Positions 41,271 through 54,551 of a DNA stretch of 64,000 nt are shown piece by piece. The notes under the pieces were generated by a model that was given only the letters and a program-made list of their open reading frames with translations, was not told where the DNA came from and ran no database searches. A program made the translations under genes and the position numbers. Position 1 is the stretch's first letter. Each line of letters opens with the position of its first letter. Source of the stretch: Octopus bimaculoides (Eukaryota); the NCBI RefSeq assembly GCF_001194135.2, contig NC_068999.1, positions 39,712,874 to 39,776,873 on the forward strand, in the 5' to 3' direction.

Positions 41271-42900
41271 CCCTTAACTGTTCCGTATTCGGTTATACTG
41301 AGTATCATACTTAATGTAGATGTTATCTTTACAGGGAAAATTCATACTTAATACTGAACTACATGTTAATTTATTTTTCTCGGAAATATAAACTCAAATT
41401 GGAGTATTGACAGATGTGAATAGAAGTTTGCCGAGAAAGCCATTTTCAAACTAACAGAATCACATAAGCTCATTACCAATATTAACCTCTAAACGCACTT
41501 TAGAGCAACATCCAATATACCTTATTAGATACAATTGAGTACCTGATCCAGCCAGTGGCGTGTTACGCAAATTACATGAAATTTATTCTACGTAGATGCA
41601 CGTTATGAATAATCTGAACTGCTTGTTATCTTGGAGAAAGCAATTGTCTCGCTTTAGTAATGATACTGTGTCGCAGTAATACGGCATGTAACGTAATATA
41701 ATTTTAGCATGTACAGATCAAAGTGGATAAAACAATTGAATGAAAATTTTGTAGAACATATGAGAATACTCCTAAAATTACCAAATACAGGTTTTGATAA
41801 AATAAGAAGGAATGGAATTTAGGACAAATTATTGAAATATAGAAGTATGCATTATATAATAGGAAAATAACAGATTTGGTTGTTTTCGTTTCAAGAAATA
41901 GCAATCACATGTCTCAAATCACAACCTGTAATCTTAAGAATAGAGGAGGCAAGTGATTCCACGCTTTTCGAATCTATTAAAAAGATGACACTTTAAAGGT
42001 AGAATAACTCACTTTAATCTTAGATTTGCTCGATCGGAGTTAAACCTACTGAACACCAACCAAATAATTTATTTTTAAAAACCACCATTTAACGATAAGC
42101 ATGTCATAGATATTCCGCGTCAGATTTGCTTTAAAAACTTGCGTGACTGTGCATAAACAATGAAGTATACGCTGAAATATTACAGTCTGAAGAACGCTCA
42201 TCGTCGAGACCGGCGGAGGATCTACAACATGTTAATTGCTTTTACCACGAAATAAGGAAAATTATACCTTAATGTGAAAGCAGTAAATGAAATAATAAAC
42301 AAAAGCAATAAGAATCAGGCGGGTATGTGTTCTAATAATTTTAATACTGTGACAACGATGAAACAATCTAAATTTCATAAATAATATAAAATTAATATTC
42401 TGCTAATAATTATTTCATTATTTTCTGCTAAAATTTTGCCTTTCTTCGATTCCCAGAATAGTTGACTGAAAATATAACAAACAGTGACCACTTTTTCTAA
42501 AATCCCAACTTGTAAACCTAACACGCAATTGTTATATATATATATATATATATTATATATTATATATATGTGTGTGTATGTACGTATGTATGTATGTATG
42601 TATGTATGTATATTTGTATGTAAATGTATACACAATCAAACATAATTTCGCCTTTGTAAATGTACCAACCGACTACGGATATGGAAAGAGTTATAGAAAC
42701 TTGTACGTGATACAAATGCAGAGACATTCAGAATAACTAATGCACTCACCGCACACGACACACAACAACTGCCAAACTACATACACGTTCTTGAAATATA
42801 TATATATACATCACTTCAGGAAACACTTTCGTTTCTGAATGCATACACTTCCAATTATCAACTGTAAATAAAACACTAGAATCTAAACATCTATAAATTT

Positions 42901-42990
<90 letters not shown>

Positions 42991-42991
42991 A

Positions 42992-43038
<47 letters not shown>

Positions 43039-43106
43039 TTCATATAATGATAATAATAATTTATAAAGCTACAAATAATTTTATTATTATTATTATTATT
43101 ATTATT
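42901..43106. repeat. (AAT)n-(AGT)n-(ATT)n compound microsatellite
   Basis: Directly visible. Confidence 0.95.
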
Positions 43107-43361
43107 ACAATTATCTTAACGTTGTTGTTATTGTCTTTGTTGTTATTATCCTTTCCTAGTCCTCGTTGTTCTTGTAATCTTGATCGTTGTTTTTAAAATT
43201 ATCAATGCCATAATTTGTCACGTCGGTTTTCTCTAAACAAAATTTTAATTAAATTAAATGCAAATTATATTCATTGTTATTATTATTGATAATATCATCA
43301 TTACCGTCGTCATCGTCTCCGTTGCCGCTGTCGTCGTCGTCATCATCAGCAGCATCGTTTA

Positions 43362-43411
43362 ATAACAACGACGACAACAATAACAACAACAGCAACAACA
43401 ACAACAACAAC

Positions 43412-43504
<93 letters not shown>
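43362..43504. repeat. (AAC)n-(AAT)n microsatellite
   Basis: Directly visible. Source of the poly-N and poly-Y/C ORFs. Confidence 0.95.
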
Positions 43505-43505
<1 letters not shown>

Positions 43506-44297
43506 TCTGTATAGAACAACTACCACCATCACCACCACCACCCCATAATGCACTGCTTTAAGTATGACCAATTAAAAATACTGCAAATATGTGTATTTTG
43601 TGAAGTGGTATTATTTTAACTCTAATTAGAAGACATTCCTAATTAACTATTGTATTTATTAGATTCGTAAACAATCATTGGAGAAAATATCAATTTAAAA
43701 GGAGATAAAAATAGTATTGGATTTATTATTTCATGGCAATATCATAACACGATATAATATTCAGCGTTTTTAACTAATTATAACGATTAAATTATTTACA
43801 CACTGTTTGTAATTGAAATCTGTTAAGATTAAATAAACATATCGATTTTGTGTTGGATAAATCTTGATTTAAAATATTTTGTGAATGTAAGCTGTGTAAA
43901 GATAGAAAGGGTTTACAGAACTATGAATCGAAGCTAATACAATTAAGTTGACACACGTACTAATCGAGTATAAGAATCCTGCATCGTCATTATATGTTGC
44001 TGTGTCTCAACGCTAGAAACTAAACAGCAGAAGAGCTGTTGAGATGTCATACAATGCCAGATATATTTGCCTTTTATTTCTGATCTTACAATATGAAATT
44101 AAGAAGGAACATTTCACCTATCTCAGTACAAAGAATTGTTGGATGTGAATAAGAACTCTGAGATAGAAATTGGATGCAATGAGAAAACTAACGAAAATAT
44201 TATTGAGAACTTTGACATGAATATAAATATGAAAGATTTCATTGTACAGCTTTGGAAATGAGACAACTGCCATCAAGTAGATGTTGATGGAGACAAT

Positions 44298-44482
44298 ATT
44301 CCTTTCTACTCTAAGTACAAGGCCAGAAATTTTGTGGGAGGGGCCCAGTCGATTAGATCGACCCAGTACGCAACTAGTTCTTAATATATCGACCCCGAAA
44401 GGATTAAATGCAATGTCGACATCGGCGGAATTTGAACTCAGAAAGTAAAGACAGACGAAATGCCGCTAAGCATTTCGCCGGC
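44298..44482 (-). mobile_element. SINE family A
   Basis: CCAGTCGATTAGATCGACCCAGTACGCAACTAG..ATCGACCCCGAAAGG..GTCGACATCGGCGGAATTTGAACTCAG..GACAGACGAAATGCCGCTAAGCATTTCGCC. Confidence 0.92.
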
Positions 44483-44545
44483 CTCTATATAATCTTCAAG
44501 AAGCAAATTCATTAAGAAAGTATTGGTAGGTGTGAAGCTACGTCA

Positions 44546-44635
44546 GAACACACTTGCGCAACGGGTGTTCCAGTGGAGTTGAACCCGAAACTGCTTGGTT
44601 GCAAAGTGTGCTTCTCAATCATATAAATATGCTTG
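44546..44635 (-). mobile_element. SINE family B head fragment
   Basis: ACACTTGCGCAA..CAGTGGAGTTGAACCCGAAAC..TGGTTGCAAAG..GCTTCTCAA is the reverse-complement homologue of the 62081 head. Confidence 0.6.
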
Positions 44636-45068
44636 TCTTGAAGGATTTACCGACTTCAAGATAGTTCAGCGTAATATTACAATATTCGTTAGACTTGGGC
44701 TCTTAACAGATATGATCTTCTCTAGAGTGACAATCACCGCACGTTTTATATTTAACACTAAAAAGCTATCATAATCCAATATAATACGTTGGGCTGGGAT
44801 TAAATGGATGAATGATCATATAATCTGGTGTCTGTGTTCCTTGTTTTAGATTGTGGGTAAGATTTGTCAGAATTGTGTCTTCTAATTTTAGTTAATCAGG
44901 CGATTCCTCAGACAAGTCCCCTTCCAAGACCGCTCTTTCACTGGGCGATACCTCGATATGTATGGTATCAAACAAGTGAAGGCGTGATATTCAGCCCATT
45001 TAAAAATAGTAACATATGTGGCAGACCGTAAAAAAAATGTATCATGCGTGTATGTGCTCGTGTTTGTG

Positions 45069-45101
<33 letters not shown>

Positions 45102-45207
45102 GCATTTCCATGTATATACACATATGTCAGTTGCGTGTTTATATATATGCATTTCCATATATATATATATATATACATATATCTGTGTGTGTTTGAATAT
45201 ATGTATG

Positions 45208-45265
<58 letters not shown>

Positions 45266-46545
45266 CATACGTAAATACATACATAGAGATATCTAGAAGC
45301 AGACGCAGATACGGATATATAGATGCATAGATACATACTTATATACACACAGACACACACGTACACACACACACACATATATACACACATACAAACACAC
45401 ATCCCGAGCTGGCAATAAGCCAAATTCACATAACCCTATTAACATGTGACCACATAAAAAAAACGCAATATATTTATTCTAAGACAATAAGTTATCACTT
45501 GAGGCCTATTTTTGACCGTAACAAGATAGTTGCTGATCCTCCTCCAGCGAACATTAGCTCCAATCACCATATATTGTATGGTAAGATAGAATTTTACCTT
45601 TCCAAAGAACATTAACAGCGTATGTGAGATGAAATTATTTCGATGTGGTTCAAACGGTGGCATTTTATAGGTTGGCCGTTAACTTTTCTTTTATTTAGAT
45701 TTTTTCTAATACCATTTGACCACAAAATGTCTAATGCATGTGATTAAGCTTCCTTCGACAAACATCCTTTATATTTATGAAAGAAGCGCTTACGGATTTA
45801 ATGAACGTAATGCCATGTCGAAAGGGAAGAAAAAAAAACTGGGAATAAAATGAAAGAACGATGTGGGGAAAATGTCAAACGTATTTCATGTCGATGCACA
45901 TCATCGTGTGGACGTCTTCAAAGGAAATAATAGGAAGCCAATATCTTTGTGAGAAATACAAATGTATCCTAGGAGAATCAAACAGAGTACATACAAAAAT
46001 CCTTTTAATGTAGGGTGTTGAGTATGTGACACCTTTGAAATAATACTATAAAATATTAAAAGGTTATGCTTGTGTTCCGTTTATGTAATTCAGAACTCAT
46101 GCAATTCTAATTAATCGAGGAATTTGGAATAGATGACAGATTTGACATGAGGTAGTAATATACAAGATTAAATCGACTTTGAAGAAGCACTATAAAAGCT
46201 TGGATCTGAGCAAACGCTTAGCAAACGATCTCTATCACCATATAAAATTATGGATAATGATATAAATATTACGCACGCATATAGGAACACAGGCGTATGT
46301 ACACGCAACTGACATATGTATATATAATTGGTATATCTGGATCTACTTTACAATATATATGTCCTCTCTTCTACACCTCCGTTTCTGAATACCCATACTC
46401 GTTATACACAAAAGTACACAGTAATTTACATGCATACATACATGCATACATACATACATACATAGAAACATATATATATATATATGTGGGTGTGTGTGTG
46501 CGTGTGTGTGTATGCATATATATGCACATATATGATGTATATGTA

Positions 46546-46582
<37 letters not shown>

Positions 46583-46747
46583 TTATATATATATATANNN
46601 NNNNNNNNNNNNNNNNNNNNNNNNNNNNNNNNNNNNNNNNNNNNNNNNNNNNNNNNNNNNNNNNNNNNNNNNNATAAATAGACCTACATATACACAGACA
46701 TATAATACATTCAACAATGACAACTATTTATTATTTTTTAAGGATAA

Positions 46748-46900
46748 TAATTTCAAATTTTGGGATAAGGCCGGCAGTTTCGGAATATGGCAGAAGTCGT
46801 TTACATTGACCCAAGCATTCAACTGGTACCTATATTAACGACCGTCAACGGATGTACTGTAAAGTTGACTGCGACACAATTTGAGCTCAGAACGTAAGAT
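46748..46900 (-). mobile_element. SINE family A, degenerate
   Basis: AAGTCGTTTACATTGACCCAAGCATTCAACTGGTACC..AAAGTTGACTGCGACACAATTTGAGCTCAGAACGTAA. Confidence 0.75.
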
Positions 46901-46902
46901 TC

Positions 46903-46937
<35 letters not shown>

Positions 46938-47391
46938 GACAGCTGAATGGAAGCGTTGAAAACTGAAACAAACACACGCACAAAGAAAAAAATATACAAT
47001 ACTATAGGCATAGAAACCAAACCATTAACCTAAAACGATATATTGAATAGATTGAAGGTTTACTTAAGGGAATGTTTCACACAGTTTCCTACTGCTCATC
47101 CTGTTATATATTTATAAAGAATATGAGAGAAAATTACATTTATCATAGCCTCCATATTAAGTTTGGTTTAAGGGAAATGTTGTTACAACAATCCGTAAAA
47201 TATATTGGAGTAGTCACTCGTGATTTCTGAACAATAGTGTGCACGCATAACTATGTACACTTCTAGCTTGGTCCTACGAACCTCTCTTTAACGGATTTTG
47301 GAAGCAGCGGATAAAACCTGGAGCAGCTGAATGGTTTTGAAATTCCCGCGTGCTACGGATAGAGTTGAATTTAATGTATTATAGAGTATAT

Positions 47392-47782
47392 GTGGAGGCA
47401 CAATGGCCCAGTGGTTAGGGCAGCGGACTCGCGGTAGTAGGATCACGGTTTCGATTCCCAGACCCAGACAACGTGTTGTGAGTGCTTACTGAGCGAAAAC
47501 ACCTAAAGCTGCAAGAGGTTCCTGCAGGGGGTGGTGGCGAATCCTACTGGATTCTTTCACCACAATTTTCTCTCATTCTTTCTTTCTGTTTCTATTGTAC
47601 TATTTTTTTTAAAAGGGCCAGCCTTCCCACACTCTATGTTACCCTGAATCTCTCCGAGAACTACGTTAAGGGTGCACGTGTCTGAGGAGTGTTCAGTCAC
47701 TTGTATGTTAATTCAACGTGGAGGCTGCTCCGTTGATCGAATCAACTGGAACCTTCGACGTCGTATCCGATGGAGTTCCACA
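47392..47782 (+). mobile_element. tRNA-derived SINE family C, near full length
   Basis: GTGGAGGCACAATGGCCCAGTGGTTAGGGCAGCGGACTCGCG..GGTTTCGATTCCCAGACC carries A and B boxes. The body matches the 28558-28843 copy through CCGTTGATCGAATCAACTGGAACC. Confidence 0.92.
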
Positions 47783-48644
47783 ATAACGTATATTTACAGT
47801 GTACGGGTACGTTAAACTGTCGGATTGGATAGTGTGTTTGATAAAAGATAGAGTACTGTATTCATTCTTCTGTCTTTCATAATGCAATTGGTGATGATAG
47901 CCACTCCTAACGTAACCTAACCTTAGGGTCGGTACCTACGGACAATCGGCTTCATCCGATCGATGTTCCCAATCTTAGTCAGTGGTACCGATGTATGAGT
48001 GTATATTCGTTAACACATACAGACAGAACACGTGCGCACATGCTCGAGTACATATATACATATATACACATATAAGCACACACATATCTTGTAAATATAT
48101 ATGTGTATGTGTGTCTGTGTCTGTATTTTATCGATATATATATATATATTGTATTACATACCTGTATTCATGTGTGTATATGTATGTATATATATATATA
48201 TTTCGTTTTTTTATTTGGTTTGCAAGATTTTTTTATGTGATTTCGTGTGTTGAAGCATATTCTGTTGTGTCTGGGGATAGTCATTTTCTTATCGTGCCTT
48301 AAAATTTAACACACTCACCGTTAATTTTTCAACTTATTATATTTATTTTCCTAAAATCTTCTTTGCGTCTTGCAACCTTTTAAGGCACGATAAGAAAATG
48401 ACTCTCCCCAGACACAACAGTTTATATATATATAGTATGGCTTCCTCGCGAAATTCGGTTCTTTTAACTATTTTATGCACGATGAGAAGATGAATGACAA
48501 CTGCAAAATTTGAGTGGAAACATAAAAGGCAACAAAAGTATATTGTATGTGACAATTTCTCTAACGATCCTAAATAACCTTATTCGATAAAATTATTATG
48601 CATATAATAACAACGACACGGAAAACAAGAATTGTAGTTATGTT

Positions 48645-48645
48645 A

Positions 48646-48715
<70 letters not shown>

Positions 48716-48717
48716 TG

Positions 48718-48786
<69 letters not shown>

Positions 48787-48792
48787 GTAATA
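48645..48792. repeat. (AAT)n microsatellite
   Basis: Directly visible. Confidence 0.95.
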
Positions 48793-50411
48793 ATGTTTCT
48801 TGAGCACTAATGTACATATGTGTATTTATGTGCGTGAGTAAAGACATACATATACACAAACAAATATGTGTGTTCGTGTACATAGTNNNNNNNNNNNNNN
48901 NNNNNNNNNNNNNNNNNNNNNNNNNNNNNNNNNNNNNNNNNNNNNNNNNNNNNNNNNNNNNNNNNNNNNNNNNNNNNNNNNNNNNNNNNNNNNNNNNNNN
49001 NNNNNNNNNNNNNNNNNNNNNNNNNNNNNNNNNNNNNNNNNNNNNNNNNNNNNNNNNNNNNNNNNNNNNNNNNNNNNNNNNNNNNNNNNNNNNNNNNNNN
49101 NNNNNNNNNNNNNNNNNNNNNNNNNNNNNNNNNNNNNNNNNNNNNNNNNNNNNNNNNNNNNNNNNNNNNNNNNNNNNNNNNNNNNNNNNNNNNNNNNNNN
49201 NNNNNNNNNNNNNNNATATACGTATATATATACATAACTAGATGTATGTCTTTAACAATCCACTGCTTCTAATGAATAATGACACGATACAAGTTAGCCT
49301 CAGGATAAAAGTGTTTACGGTAATCTTCAAACAAGTGAATCGGTTCAAAGTGAAAGTCTTTTCTTGGCGCTAGATAATGGGAAAAAATAAATCTTCAGGC
49401 AATGTCTTGTGATAGCAAATGGGGTTTTGCATGATGCAGTAATTCAAAATATTTAGAATGGACACTTGTGGCCAAGTGCTCTATCTAAATTGATAGATTT
49501 TCTTCGATTAGCGACATGGAATTTGACATTACAGACGCATTAGTTATATGATTTATCTTTCTCCAGCTTGCTGTCTATATCAGAAAGTTTCTGAATTTGG
49601 GAATTAAGTGTTAAGAAGCACTTGTATAGCCGTCACAAGACAGTCAAATTAACATTGGCCTCATCACTCTTTAGCAATTGCTAAATATCTTTACACTGTT
49701 AGTTTCAGGTGTCACGAAAATTTATAAACACAACGCTTCTGAATTTGCTATAGAAAGAGGAAAGAACATTAGAATACCATCATAGAATAAAATCCAGCCT
49801 GTCTAGAAAAGATCTTTTACCAAATGCATTTAGTCCCACGATTATCAAGTCACCAAGACTTCTTTATTTTAAAACGAGAAAGTTCAATTTGAAATCAAGT
49901 TTTTTCTGGTTCCTTTCAATAACAAGTCAAATACATGTTTACAGACTTTGCTGTTGGCTCATCAATCCCTCTTTCAGAACGGAGGAGCATGACGTGAATG
50001 AGTTTAGTTTGGCTGATATTTTGCTACATCACTGAACAAGTAGACGATCTCTACTTTAAAAATTGTTATTTGTAAGGCCATGTGACTGAACCCTATACTT
50101 ATCAAATCGAACTATGGGTGTCCCTTTACGTAGTGGCAGTTTCTGCTAAATTTTACTGTCATATTATTCTTACATCATGCTAACACTAATTAGAAAGTAT
50201 TTTGTGGGACTTCATGTACACAAGGGCTACTCGAAACAGGAAATGAATGGTCATGCCTGGAACGCTTTTGATAAAATGAAGCCACTGTACCATAAGTCGT
50301 AATGTCAAGTGTTGTATTTATTGGCGAGGCATATAATTTCAAGTTGCTCCAGTAAACACCGCTGAAAATGAAGACCAGAAGCAGCAGCGGTCCAAGAGGC
50401 AGCAACAGGAT

Positions 50412-50413
<2 letters not shown>

Positions 50414-50455
<42 letters not shown>
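50414..50455. repeat. (CAG)14 microsatellite
   Basis: 14 perfect CAG units with no supporting coding context. Confidence 0.95.
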
Positions 50456-50458
<3 letters not shown>

Positions 50459-53027
50459 AGCTAGGAGTGGTAGTTGAGAATTAAATTTGTGACAGACGGG
50501 AGTACCATCCACAGGATCTTTTGCACTGTCAATTTGCTTAACACCCCAAAGACCGAAATAAGTGCCAAATTAACAGCCTGTATAGAAGACAGGGACATTA
50601 AAATTTTAAAACTACAAAATCAAAGCTTACATTCTTTCTAAACAACATTAACAACAACAACTACAGCAATACAGACGTTGATTCTCCCTGGTTAGCTTAA
50701 TCAATAGAATGTTTTATTTACAGGTCAGTGGAAGAGAAGTAAACACGAACGGACTGGAACGCTTCCTGAGTCATTCTACCATCCAACGTTAACTGATTAT
50801 GTCAAACAACTGGTAGAATTTGTTATTTTAATCTTCCATTGTTTTATTATATGATTAATATATTTGGATTAATTTTTTCATGTTCTTTTTTTTTTATATT
50901 GCTGCTATTCGGTTCTATTCCGCTCTGTGATTTCAGGCCTGCAACCAATCATTTTCGAATTGTATTTCGAACCAGAAAAAAAGGTCGCTTTAAAATATAA
51001 ATATTGGCCTTAGGTAAATATGGGGATTTTTATTGTCTTCTCTCTTAATTATTAATATTTTTTTATCATTTATTTAATTATTTATTATTTATTTATTTTT
51101 TATTTATTTAATTATTTTTTGTTGGTCTGTAACATCAGAAAACCATTATACATGTTTTGTTCCCAATCGCACGTAACTAAACATTACCTCAAAAACTAAC
51201 AAACAAAAACCTACAAAAACACATCCACAAATACCCACATACTCACACGCATACACACACACATCTATATTACATTATATTATATTAAGTGCATATATAT
51301 GTATATAATTATACATATATACGCACATGCATATATATATAAATATAAGTTTACACTTAAGCGCATATGTGCGTGGATTATATGACCATATATAAATGCA
51401 CACACAGGCACATATTATCATGCCTACACGTACGCATACACACGCACACACGCACACACGCACACACATACACACACACACATATTGGAGATCATTTTCT
51501 ATGTGCATATATCTATATACATAAGTAGGTATATCTGTATGTATGCAATGTCTTTCTGATATACACTTCTACGCTGCAATTATATCAATTACGTGGACTG
51601 TCTACACATATAATGATATTTGCAGTAAATGAAATCACTTCCTATCTCTAATATTACGGCTGGTTTCTCCATTGACTATGTTAATTAATTTACAATATTC
51701 CCGAATGAAGCTTTTCCTGGTTGAGTAAACTTACGTCTCCATATCTGAAATGATCAGGAAGTATTTTTTTTTCTTTTTTAAATCCTATGTTTACCAATAA
51801 TTTTCATTTTCTAGTTGCGAAGTATTAACGAAAAGCAAATGTTCTCTGGGATTATTGCCAACCACCAGGAATAATGTGATTATATATATANNNNNNNNNN
51901 NNNNNNNNNNNNNNNNNNNNNNNNNNNNNNNNNNNNNNNNNNNNNNNNNNNNNNNNNNNNNNNNNNNNNNNNNNNNNNNNNNNNNNNNNNNNNNNNNNNN
52001 NNNNNNNNNNNNNNNNNNNNNNNNNNNNNNNNNNNNNNNNNNNNNNNNNNNNNNNNNNNNNNNNNNNNNNNNNNNNNNNNNNNNNNNNNNNNNNNNNNNN
52101 NNNNNNNNNNNNNNNNNNNNNNNNNNNNNNNNNNNNNNNNNNNNNNNNNNNNNNNNNNNNNNNNNNNNNNNNNNNNNNNNNNNNNNNNNNNNNNNNNNNN
52201 NNNNNNNNNNNNNNNNNNNNNNNNNNNNNNNNNNNNNNNNNNNNNNNNNNNNNNNNNNNNNNNNNNNNNNNNNNNNNNNNNNNNNNNNNNNNNNNNNNNN
52301 NNNNNNNNNNNNNNNNNNNNNNNNNNNNNNNNNNNNNNNNNNNNNNNNNNNNNNNNNNNNNNNNNNNNNNNNNNNNNNNNNNNNNNNNNNNNNNNNNNNN
52401 NNNNNNNNNNNNNNNNNNNNNNNNNNNATATATATATATATATATATACATATATACATACATACGTATATATAATTAAATATATATTTATTTATATGTG
52501 TGTGTATTTATATTCATACATGATTATATACATACCTATACTTAAAATTTCACATATAAATACTCCATTAGATTATTTACAAAAACACACGCATACACAG
52601 ACATATACACACACATTATTTTAATAATTGCTGTCCAACCCATAAAGTTTCACCAGCCATTAAACAACAGAAACCATAGTAACAATAGTGAACTTTTCAT
52701 TTATATGAATAATTTTCGTTATATTAATCCTCAGAGATAGACACACACTCATTTACATAGACACAGATGGTCCATCTCACATACACACCACACACATGTA
52801 TGTAGAAAGAGAGAGAGAGAGAGAGAGAGAGAAAGGGAGAAGTTATCAATTTTTAAGGAATACACTCAATACAACTTGGAATTCGTTCCGTTCATTTTCA
52901 TCACGAGTTCAAATCCCTTCAATGTTATATTTTTCTCAGTTTGTACGGCATTAGAAACTAACAAGAATTTAGCTCTATTTTATAAACGAATCCACTTCCC
53001 ACTTCAAGAATGTTTCGTTTTACAATT

Positions 53028-53125
53028 TATCTCTTCTTTTTGTGGTCGATAAAATAAGTACCAGTTGAAGATTGTGATCGATGTAACCGACTCATCCTCT
53101 CCCCCAACGTTGGGCGTTTGGCATC
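53028..53125 (+). mobile_element. SINE family A, central/3' fragment
   Basis: GGTCGATAAAATAAGTACCAGTTGAAGATTGTGATCGATGTAACCGACT. Confidence 0.8.
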
Positions 53126-53494
53126 TAAAATGGTGCTATGTGCTCACCGTATTGTACCAGCTGTCCATAACCGTTAGCAGGAAAACAACCCAAGAATTAT
53201 ATAAGAGGCTAGTTGAGAGTATCAGTCATGAAGGCCTAGGATTGAATCTAGGCATCCACGAAAACAGTCTGAGTAATCTCTTCCAGTGGAACTTCGGGTT
53301 GCAGATCATGGACAATTTCCAAAAGTATTTCCCGTTTGAGACAAGCTCTTCAGGCATAGAAGTGCCTACAGCTTAACCTGCCTGAGACGCTCACGAAGCT
53401 GTCCTGCATACAATATTTCAACGTCCGTGCATTACAGAGTTGTGAGGTTGTGAAAAGAAGCAGCTGTTGTCGCATGTTTACAATAGATGCACTC

Positions 53495-53546
<52 letters not shown>

Positions 53547-54473
53547 NNNNNNNNNNNNNNNNNNNNNNNNNNNNNNNNNNNNNNNNNNNNNNNNNNNNNN
53601 NNNNNNNNNNNNNNNNNNNNNNNNNNNNNNNNNNNNNNNNNNNNNNNNNNNNNNNNNNNNNNNNNNNNNNNNNNNNNNNNNNNNNNNNNNNNNNNNNNNN
53701 NNNNNNNNNNNNNNNNNNNNNNNNNNNNNNNNNNNNNNNNNNNNNNNNNNNNNNNNNNNNNNNNNNNNNNNNNNNNNNNNNNNNNNNNNNNNNNNNNNNN
53801 NNNNNNNNNNNNNNNNNNNNNNNNNNNNNNNNNNNNNNNNNNNNNNNNNNNNNNNNNNNNNNNNNNNNNNNNNNNNNNNNNNNNNNNNNNNNNNNNNNNN
53901 NNNNNNNNNNNNNNNNNNNNNNNNNNNNNNNNNNNNNNNNNNNNNNNNNNNNNNATCTATACATGCATGAATAGATGAACACATATCTGAATGGGTTTGT
54001 ATGTGTAAATTGGTTGAGCATTTTAATGAAGACTGTGTCATCGAATATTATAAGCATGCAATGGTCTGTTTTCTTTACACAGTGCAAGCATTTCATTACA
54101 GAATCTACCATGCAGCCGTGTCTGTTAACTATTTCGTTGAAATTACTTATTAGTCATGACAACCTCGAATATGTATTTCGTTGATCACACTTACAAATAT
54201 ATCTATGTATTTATGTGCATTGATATTCATATGTTCATAGCTCAATACATAAATATGACATGTTTATCATTCATTTAGTTCATGAGTAGTTTAGAAAATT
54301 TTCACTCGCATATACATAGGGTGTTATTTTAGATTGAAATGTATCAAAAGTTACTTTAATTTTATCTGAGTTGTCTAGATTATGTTATCGTTTACACACA
54401 CACACACTCACACACATACATTTTCCTTCCAATTCATTGATGGAATACGTGAAATGAAGCAATGATTAAGCTG

Positions 54474-54551
<78 letters not shown>

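Noticed and set aside
41052-41351. 99-aa plus-strand ORF with an AG...GT-bounded segment (DFGQCVVELKMPHVFIEP...)
   Set aside because: It shows no recognisable domain, and the opposite strand better resembles a Tc1 relic.
46148-46157. TGAGGTAGTA, matching the let-7 5' end
   Set aside because: The match stops at 10 nt and there is no precursor hairpin.
47392-47465. tRNA-like sequences (also 28770-28843 and 60080-60150)
   Set aside because: They have A and B boxes but no complete cloverleaf and continue into repeat bodies, so they are SINE heads rather than tRNA genes.
50414-50455. (CAG)14 as a polyglutamine exon
   Set aside because: It is closely flanked by stops or lacks splice context in the relevant frames.
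53065-53376. 103-aa ORF
   Set aside because: It starts inside a SINE A fragment, and the remainder is unrecognised in all frames examined.
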